Source: a virus
IMG/VR virus record: IMGVR_UViG_2889482124_000004
Coordinates: 989-64,988 of that record
DNA: 64,000 nt
Direction: 5' to 3' (one strand)
Positions 58,661 through 64,000 of the stretch are shown here, one piece after another. The notes below the pieces were generated by a model. The model was not told the DNA's origin. It saw only the letters and a program-made list of their open reading frames with translations, and ran no database searches. The translations under genes and the position numbers were made by a program. Every line of letters begins with the position of its first letter. The first letter of the stretch is position 1.

Positions 58661-59114
58661 GAGGAGTAGATAGGTTGAGGCGGCGATGATGCAGCTGGTG
58701 ATGAATTTAGCGGGAAAGCGGACTGGTTGCCCAGTCCGCCCCACACGGTCACAGCATAGAAATGATGAATGCAAAAATGCGCAAGCACGCAGCAACATCA
58801 ATTTTTATGCTCACCTTCACTTGGACTTTCATGGAGTGATCCCTGAAAAGTCCCGTGGCCACGGGACGGTTAATCCCGCTGAACTTATTACGCGCTTTTG
58901 CTAGCGCGGCCAGATGCTTACCTAGGATGGGCTTCTGGCATCGGCTTAATGTTGGCGTGCAATACCCTTGTCGCCGAGCAGGCAGCCTGCATGGCACCGC
59001 CATGCAGATTGCATACCAACACCGCACCTTAAGCGGCTTGACAGGCCGCAGTGCGCTGCGTCTACAGCGCATTGTGATTGTCGCAGATTCGCTGCCTCAA
59101 CCTATCTATTTCTT
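58661..59114 (+). ncRNA. Large structured RNA of unknown class in the PL leader
   Basis: 26-bp closing stem with 4 G-U pairs and no mismatch; nested stems with G-U pairs and GNRA loops; no credible ORF. Confidence 0.7.
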
Positions 59115-59200
59115 GACTACAAGAACGCCAGCAAATCAATGGCTTTTTATTCTGGCCCTCAGCAAAACAGCTCGCGGGCCTTTTTCATTTCAGGGGCTTC

Positions 59201-59488
59201 ATGGACGAAGAAAACACACAAAGCGCCAGTACCAAGAAAGGCATCAATTCCCTGAGTGATGATGAATTTCAGCGATTTATCAGTACTGGCAAAACAATGA
59301 ACATCAAGCAGATAAATGCAAGGCTTGGTGGCCCTTTCGTCACTGCAGGACTGATTGAAACCCTTCGAATCGAGTCCCGCAAAGAGCGGGCTGCAACACA
59401 CATCGCGGCAGATCACTTTCACAAGCTGGCCGCCCGGCTCGCTGCACACATCCTTACGCAATCTGGCCGCTCCACTGAGGAAGCCTGA
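59201..59488 (+). CDS. Hypothetical early protein
   Basis: First ORF with a plausible RBS after the PL leader. Confidence 0.55.
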   Translation: MDEENTQSASTKKGINSLSDDEFQRFISTGKTMNIKQINARLGGPFVTAGLIETLRIESRKERAATHIAADHFHKLAARLAAHILTQSGRSTEEA

Positions 59489-59499
59489 TTTACCCACCT

Positions 59500-59525
59500 G
59501 CCCGCATTACGCGGGCTTTCTTTTT
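59500..59525 (+). terminator. Intrinsic terminator
   Basis: GCCCGC-attac-GCGGGC-TTTCTTTTT. Confidence 0.75.
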
Positions 59526-59534
59526 GGAGGCCAC

Positions 59535-59954
59535 ATGGCTCAAAAACTCATAAACCCCACCAAGAAGGTGGATCGCAAATCGTTTAGCGAATTCCTCAGT
59601 GCACTGCCCGACCTAGAGGCAGAGCTGACTGATGCGCTGAATGACATGGTGCACGCCAGCACTGAAACCGGCAAGCTCAGCGAGCTGAACTTGAAGATCA
59701 AGATGAAGCCCCAGGGGGGCACATCAGGCCAAGTCGAGCTTGATATGGACGTGAAAGCCAAACTGCCCCAGCCTACACGCGGCAAAACCCTCATGTTCGC
59801 CACCCCAGACAACAACCTGCAGCGCGAGAACCCAAAGCAGCAAACGCTGGAAGGCCTGCGCACACCAGACCAGGAGGCGCAGGCCCAAACCATGGCGGCA
59901 CTGCGCAAAGCGCCAGCCGATGACGCTAAGGCACCCCTGCGCGCCGTCAACTAA
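59535..59954 (+). CDS. Conserved early phage protein that usually precedes DUF2303
   Basis: ETGK...L.L.I..KP...VK.KLP......F.TPD.NL.R..P.Q..L. Confidence 0.8.
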   Translation: MAQKLINPTKKVDRKSFSEFLSALPDLEAELTDALNDMVHASTETGKLSELNLKIKMKPQGGTSGQVELDMDVKAKLPQPTRGKTLMFATPDNNLQRENPKQQTLEGLRTPDQEAQAQTMAALRKAPADDAKAPLRAVN

Positions 59955-59984
59955 TTTCCAACCGTCCATTTCATAGGAGATCCC

Positions 59985-60839
59985 ATGGATCTGAACGAAA
60001 CCAATACCGAGACAGTCGCTAAGGATGTCTTGGCTGCTTGCAATCAATCAATCCGCGAAGTCGGCGGAACGCCACTCATGGTTTTGCCCGCAGGCTTCAC
60101 CGTGGCCAATTTGAGTAAATACCTCGACAAACCCACGCGCAAGAGCGGCACAACTGTGCTCAACGATGCTGCATCCTTCATTGCCGTGGTTGTGGAGCAG
60201 AAAGGCGCACAAACGCACTTGTTCAGCACAATCAGCCCGCCCTCCTTCACGGCCGTGTTCAATTCAAATGCGGGTGAAGCGGGCTATGGCGACCACCGTG
60301 CCACCTACAACGCCCCAATCTCGCCCGAGTGGGGTGAGTGGACGAAGGTGGACAAAAAGCACATGAACCAGGTGGAAATGGCGCAGTTCCTAGAGGCCAA
60401 TATGGTCGATGTTGTGCATATCGCGGCTGATCTGCCAAACCGCGAGCTTGGCAGCCCGGACGGTGCAACACTGTTGGAAATCTGCCGTGCGCTGGAAGCC
60501 AAGAAGAACGTGGAATTCAAGAGCGCCGTGCGCCTGGGCGATGGCTCCACCCAATTCACCTACAACGAAGAAGTGCGAGGTACAGCATCCGTTGCGGGCG
60601 GCACTCTGGAAATCCCTGCTCAATTCTCCATCGGCGTGCCGGTGTTTGAGAACGGCGAGAAGTACCGCCAGGACGTGCATTTCCGCTACCGCATTCAGGA
60701 AGGCGGCAAGCTGGTGATGTGGATCGAGCTGATCCGCGCGCACAAGGTGATTGAGGATGCAGTCAAGCAGATGCGTGCACACATTGCGGAAGCGACTGCG
60801 CTGCCTGTGCTGAACGGTACAGCGCCAGCAGCCCGCTAA
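59985..60839 (+). CDS. DUF2303/YfdQ-family protein
   Basis: P.R..G...L....SF, S.EW..W, Q...A.FLE.N, F.SA.RL..G, IP..F....PVF. Confidence 0.85.
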   Translation: MDLNETNTETVAKDVLAACNQSIREVGGTPLMVLPAGFTVANLSKYLDKPTRKSGTTVLNDAASFIAVVVEQKGAQTHLFSTISPPSFTAVFNSNAGEAGYGDHRATYNAPISPEWGEWTKVDKKHMNQVEMAQFLEANMVDVVHIAADLPNRELGSPDGATLLEICRALEAKKNVEFKSAVRLGDGSTQFTYNEEVRGTASVAGGTLEIPAQFSIGVPVFENGEKYRQDVHFRYRIQEGGKLVMWIELIRAHKVIEDAVKQMRAHIAEATALPVLNGTAPAAR

Positions 60840-60858
60840 TTCACCCAGCTCCATCCAC

Positions 60859-60971
60859 AAGCCCGGCCCCGCGCCGGGTTTTCTCATGGGCTATGACCAG
60901 AGGGCGCGCGCTGCTAGCCGCGTCCTGTGTTGATACCCCAAACCACCCGGCCCGCCATGTTGCGGGCTTTT
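60859..60971 (+). terminator. Two tandem intrinsic terminators
   Basis: GCCCGG..CCGGGT-TTT (60861-60882) and GCCCGC..GCGGGC-TTTT (60950-60971). Confidence 0.7.
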
Positions 60972-60988
60972 CTATTTCTGAGGCATCC

Positions 60989-61177
60989 ATGCACAAAGAC
61001 CAAAAATACGAGCCGCCATCGAATTGCTACCAAGGCGTGGAGCTTCGCTTGAACCCAGGCATAGACCCCGAGCGCCTGCGCGCATTCACCCTCCCCAGCC
61101 GCGTGGGCGACCAACTCCACTACCCCGATGGCCGCATTGAGGCCTTCCCTTACCCCAGTAAAGAGGCTAAGCCATGA
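60989..61177 (+). CDS. Small hypothetical protein
   Basis: Y.G.EL...PG....R..AF.LPSR.G..L.YPDGR; GAGG RBS. Confidence 0.7.
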   Translation: MHKDQKYEPPSNCYQGVELRLNPGIDPERLRAFTLPSRVGDQLHYPDGRIEAFPYPSKEAKP

Positions 61178-61293
61178 ATGCACCAGCGCCAGCACCCACC
61201 CCGTCAAACGATCCCGTCAAGCGCTGCGCAAGCTGTGGTGCTCCTGTCCCTTCTGAGCCCACTGAGGGTGAAGGCCTGCCCTGTGGGCATTGA
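61174..61293 (+). CDS. 39-aa putative Zn-binding microprotein
   Basis: MNAPAPAPTPSNDPVKRCASCGAPVPSEPTEGEGLPCGH; ATGA overlap and GAGG RBS. Confidence 0.55.
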   Translation: MNAPAPAPTPSNDPVKRCASCGAPVPSEPTEGEGLPCGH

Positions 61294-61305
61294 AGGGAGG
61301 AAAGC

Positions 61306-61683
61306 ATGTCAGAAAACCAAACACCGCACGGCAATGCACAGCCGATTGAGTCCGTTCTGATTGATGGCACCGCGTATGCCGTGCCCGCGCCCGTGGCTGC
61401 CGAGCTGCTGCGCCTACACCTTCTGCTAAAGGAAGGTGAAAACCCTGTTGCTGGCCAAAGCCGCTTTGGCAGCGAACTATGGGGCTTCTGCACGCATGAG
61501 CACGTTCGCATGGTTCTTGCCAACCCGCGATATGCCGCTGATGGCTATGAGGCTCGATACCTCTATACGCGGCCCCATGTTCCAGCACCCCCACCACCGC
61601 AAGTGAACATCCTTGCTGAAATCGAGCGCCATGCCAAAGCGCACATCATCGAAATCGAAAACTTACTCGCTCGCCGCTTCTGA
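61306..61683 (+). CDS. Hypothetical early protein
   Basis: GGGAGG RBS; followed by a terminator at 61673-61695. Confidence 0.65.
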   Translation: MSENQTPHGNAQPIESVLIDGTAYAVPAPVAAELLRLHLLLKEGENPVAGQSRFGSELWGFCTHEHVRMVLANPRYAADGYEARYLYTRPHVPAPPPPQVNILAEIERHAKAHIIEIENLLARRF

Positions 61684-61709
61684 AGCGGCTTTTTTATTGG
61701 AGAAAAGAC

Positions 61710-61871
61710 ATGTCACCAATCTTGAAAGCTGCACTGGTCGCTATCGGGGCAGTCGCCCTTATCGCTGCAATCTGGACAGCGGACGATGAAGCAAAAGCGC
61801 GCCAAGTCGTTGCAGCACTTGTTGCAGAAGCTGAGGCTGGGCGCCTGGTTGCCTATGAGGTTGCCCAATGA
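61710..61871 (+). CDS. Small membrane protein
   Basis: GGAG RBS; MSPILKAALVAIGAVALIAAIW; overlaps the next ATG. Confidence 0.6.
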   Translation: MSPILKAALVAIGAVALIAAIWTADDEAKARQVVAALVAEAEAGRLVAYEVAQ

Positions 61872-62266
61872 GTGAAAGCAACAAACCCGTCACTTTTGAA
61901 GCGTGGCGTATTACGTACCAGTCAGATCAACAAGCCCTGCGTGCACTGTGGACTGCGTTTACTGACCTCCAATCCAGCCATGTTGACCTGCAGGCTGCTC
62001 TCGCTGGCATGACTGGCCGCTACCAAGAACTGCTGCAAGAGCGCAAACCAGCACCGGCACCAGCGCCCATCCAAAAAGTTCAACTCACAAAAAACCAGCT
62101 GGCAGCGGTGATTGACTTCACCGATGAATCAGACGAGGTTGCTATTTACTGGAGTGAGGCTACAACAGCCCCTGAAACCGGCATTGTGATTCCAGCTGGC
62201 TATCGGGCATACCTTGTCGACCTCCCGGAAGATGGCTTTTTGCCGCTGGGAGACGGTCATGGTTGA
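61868..62266 (+). CDS. Hypothetical early protein
   Basis: FE.WRI.YQS..QA motif; translationally coupled. Confidence 0.65.
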   Translation: MSESNKPVTFEAWRITYQSDQQALRALWTAFTDLQSSHVDLQAALAGMTGRYQELLQERKPAPAPAPIQKVQLTKNQLAAVIDFTDESDEVAIYWSEATTAPETGIVIPAGYRAYLVDLPEDGFLPLGDGHG

Positions 62267-62597
62267 AATCAACTTGTTCGCCCTGCTCAACTGGTTTGCG
62301 CATGGTTTTTTCTTCGGTTGCGGGTTTGTGGTGGCGGTGATGCTCACTTGCTTGATTTGGCATTTCCTCAAGTGGCTTGGTCTGGATGACAAGCCAAAGA
62401 AGGCAAATGCCGCGCAACCTGTATCACCAGTGCTTTACGCCAGCCCTGAGCAACTGGCCGCATTCCAAGACAAGGACTCGAAATTCGGTTCATACCTTCC
62501 ATTGCGCAAAACGCCCGTAGGCAAATTCACCCAACCTCTCTATACCAGCCCACCAAGCGCCAGCAGCGCGGATAGCCAAGGAGACACTGAATCATGA
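62259..62597 (+). CDS. Hypothetical membrane protein
   Basis: ATG 62259, N-terminal TM; overlaps on both sides. Confidence 0.6.
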   Translation: MVEINLFALLNWFAHGFFFGCGFVVAVMLTCLIWHFLKWLGLDDKPKKANAAQPVSPVLYASPEQLAAFQDKDSKFGSYLPLRKTPVGKFTQPLYTSPPSASSADSQGDTES

Positions 62598-63103
62598 ACC
62601 GCGAACAGAGACGGCTGGCCGCGAAGCTGGCCAAGAACCCACCCAAACCCCAACGGAGCCGAAAGCTGTTCAGCATAGCGCCGCTCCACATGATGAATGA
62701 CTGCCGCACCTACGCAGAAGGCGAGCTGACTCTTGATCACATCAAGATCCGCACATGCTTTGCCCGATTGCGGGACGGGAGCGGAAACGATGATGACTTC
62801 AACCGGGTGGCAGTGGCGATCAATTTGGCAAAGGTACGCGCACTTGAGATTGATGAAATCTTGGCCGATAGCATCGAAGTTGCGCAGGACGCGATGATGC
62901 GCTGCAAAGCCAGATTTTATTCGCATGGACGCTTTGGCTTTGATGGTCCGGGCCTGCAAGCAGTGCTTAATGCACTCGATGCAAACGAAGAAATCGTGCA
63001 AAACAGCTCACCACGGCAAATGGAAAAAGCCCTGCATGTCGTGCGCGACGTGCTCGCTAGTGCGCATCGCAAAGGCCCGCGAATGTCAGAAATCATCATG
63101 TGA
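62594..63103 (+). CDS. Conserved hypothetical phage protein
   Basis: MNR.QRR N-terminus; AGGAG RBS; terminator at 63129-63150. Confidence 0.7.
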   Translation: MNREQRRLAAKLAKNPPKPQRSRKLFSIAPLHMMNDCRTYAEGELTLDHIKIRTCFARLRDGSGNDDDFNRVAVAINLAKVRALEIDEILADSIEVAQDAMMRCKARFYSHGRFGFDGPGLQAVLNALDANEEIVQNSSPRQMEKALHVVRDVLASAHRKGPRMSEIIM

Positions 63104-63167
63104 TCGACCATCATGAAATACATACCCGAGCCCGCACCAAGCGGGCTTTTAATTTTCTGGAGCCCGC

Positions 63168-63371
63168 ATGCTCAATGAATTCTTGCGCCTGGCCGGCCTG
63201 GCGATGTTCGCTTTCTTGATGTTCTTCGCCGCAATAGTCGCAACAAAACAAACCTTCGGCCAGCAATGCACCAGCACCTACCCCGATAGCAAAGCACATC
63301 AATCTTGGTGCACAACGGTTTTGGCCAGAGGCGTGACACCAGCTTATTTAGTGAAGGATAAAGCGCCATGA
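63168..63371 (+). CDS. Small membrane protein
   Basis: GGAG RBS, TM helix, Cys pair. Confidence 0.55.
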   Translation: MLNEFLRLAGLAMFAFLMFFAAIVATKQTFGQQCTSTYPDSKAHQSWCTTVLARGVTPAYLVKDKAP

Positions 63372-64000
63372 GCGATTACGACCCAACCCAAGAGAAATTC
63401 GACAAGGACATGGCCAATGGCGTCATGGAGGTGCTGCGAGACGATGGGATCTATCGTCATCTGCGCTTTCGCAAGCTGGGCGGTGGCTTTGTCTGGTTCG
63501 ACATCGTGACCTGGCCAGGCAGCCTGGTAATCACCGGTGATTGTAAGACCTTCACGTTTCAGCGCTTGGATGACATGTTTGAGTTCTTCCGCTCAAGCGG
63601 CAAGAGCATCAATCCTCAATACTGGCAGGAGAAGGTTGTGGATGGCCGCGACCGCGCTGAGTCGTTTGACTGGGACACATTCCGTGCCCAAGTCATGGAG
63701 GAATTCCAGCAAGGCACCGAGGACTGGGGTTATGACGACCAGCAAGAGGCACGCGAAGCCCTTGAGGTCGACCTCGACACAAGCCCGGACGAATTCGGCG
63801 GCGTCGATGTCCTGCGCAATTTTGAGCACACGGATAGCCGGGGCGTAATTTTCTCGTTTGACCTGAGCGAAGGAGCGCCCGATGGCAAGAGCTGGAATTT
63901 CCACTACATCTGGTGCTGTCGGGCAATCGTTTGGGCCATTTTTCAGTACGACAAATTGAAGATGGACAAGGCCTTGACTGCATACAAGGGGTCGATTTGA
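63368..64000 (+). CDS. Conserved hypothetical phage protein
   Basis: DDG.YRHLRF...FD..TWPG.L..TGD...INP.YW.EK; stop at the window edge. Confidence 0.75.
   Translation: MSDYDPTQEKFDKDMANGVMEVLRDDGIYRHLRFRKLGGGFVWFDIVTWPGSLVITGDCKTFTFQRLDDMFEFFRSSGKSINPQYWQEKVVDGRDRAESFDWDTFRAQVMEEFQQGTEDWGYDDQQEAREALEVDLDTSPDEFGGVDVLRNFEHTDSRGVIFSFDLSEGAPDGKSWNFHYIWCCRAIVWAIFQYDKLKMDKALTAYKGSI

Larger units (their letters stand above)
533..64000. mobile_element. Temperate prophage (podovirus-like head: N4-gp56-type capsid, P22-like portal; lambdoid cI/cro switch); right end lies beyond the window
   Basis: Contiguous integrase, lysis, tail, head, terminase, replication, immunity and early modules; left boundary approximated from the integrase arm repeats. 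Confidence 0.93.

Noticed and set aside
58844-58950. RNase P-like fragments GAAAAGTCC and CGGCTTA
   Set aside because: Spacing, pairing and the other conserved regions do not fit RNase P RNA
58686-59259. ORFs 58686-58904, 58855-59259, 58749-59072 and 58968-59255
   Set aside because: No RBS and implausible composition; better explained by RNA structure

Overview
Almost the whole window (about 530 to beyond 64000) is one large temperate prophage, probably of a Comamonadaceae-like betaproteobacterium (host is inferred, not shown). Left to right it contains: a P4-type tyrosine integrase with arm-site repeats; a long minus-strand late region (Tad2-fusion anti-defence gene, lysis cassette, tail/receptor genes, a 3610-aa PLxRFG polyvalent protein, ejection protein, N4-gp56-like capsid, scaffold, P22-like portal, terminase); an 8-kb cargo hotspot (Hna-like helicase-nuclease, HEPN-like gene, IS481, umuDC, VapBC45-like TA); an integron-type cassette with an attC-like site next to an IS5-type MITE; replication genes with iterons; a cro/cI switch with six operators; and the start of the early PL operon. 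The two strongest non-coding signals are (1) a ~450-nt, strand-specific, multi-branched structured RNA closed by a 26-bp stem in the ORF-poor PL leader (58661-59114), which I cannot assign to any RNA class I know, and (2) six copies of a late-promoter motif CCYGCWTRGGGTTT-N21-GACACT-like, four of which place +1 exactly on a start codon (leaderless late mRNAs). All family names come from recognising motifs by eye; no searches were run. The att core and the right prophage end are not visible.
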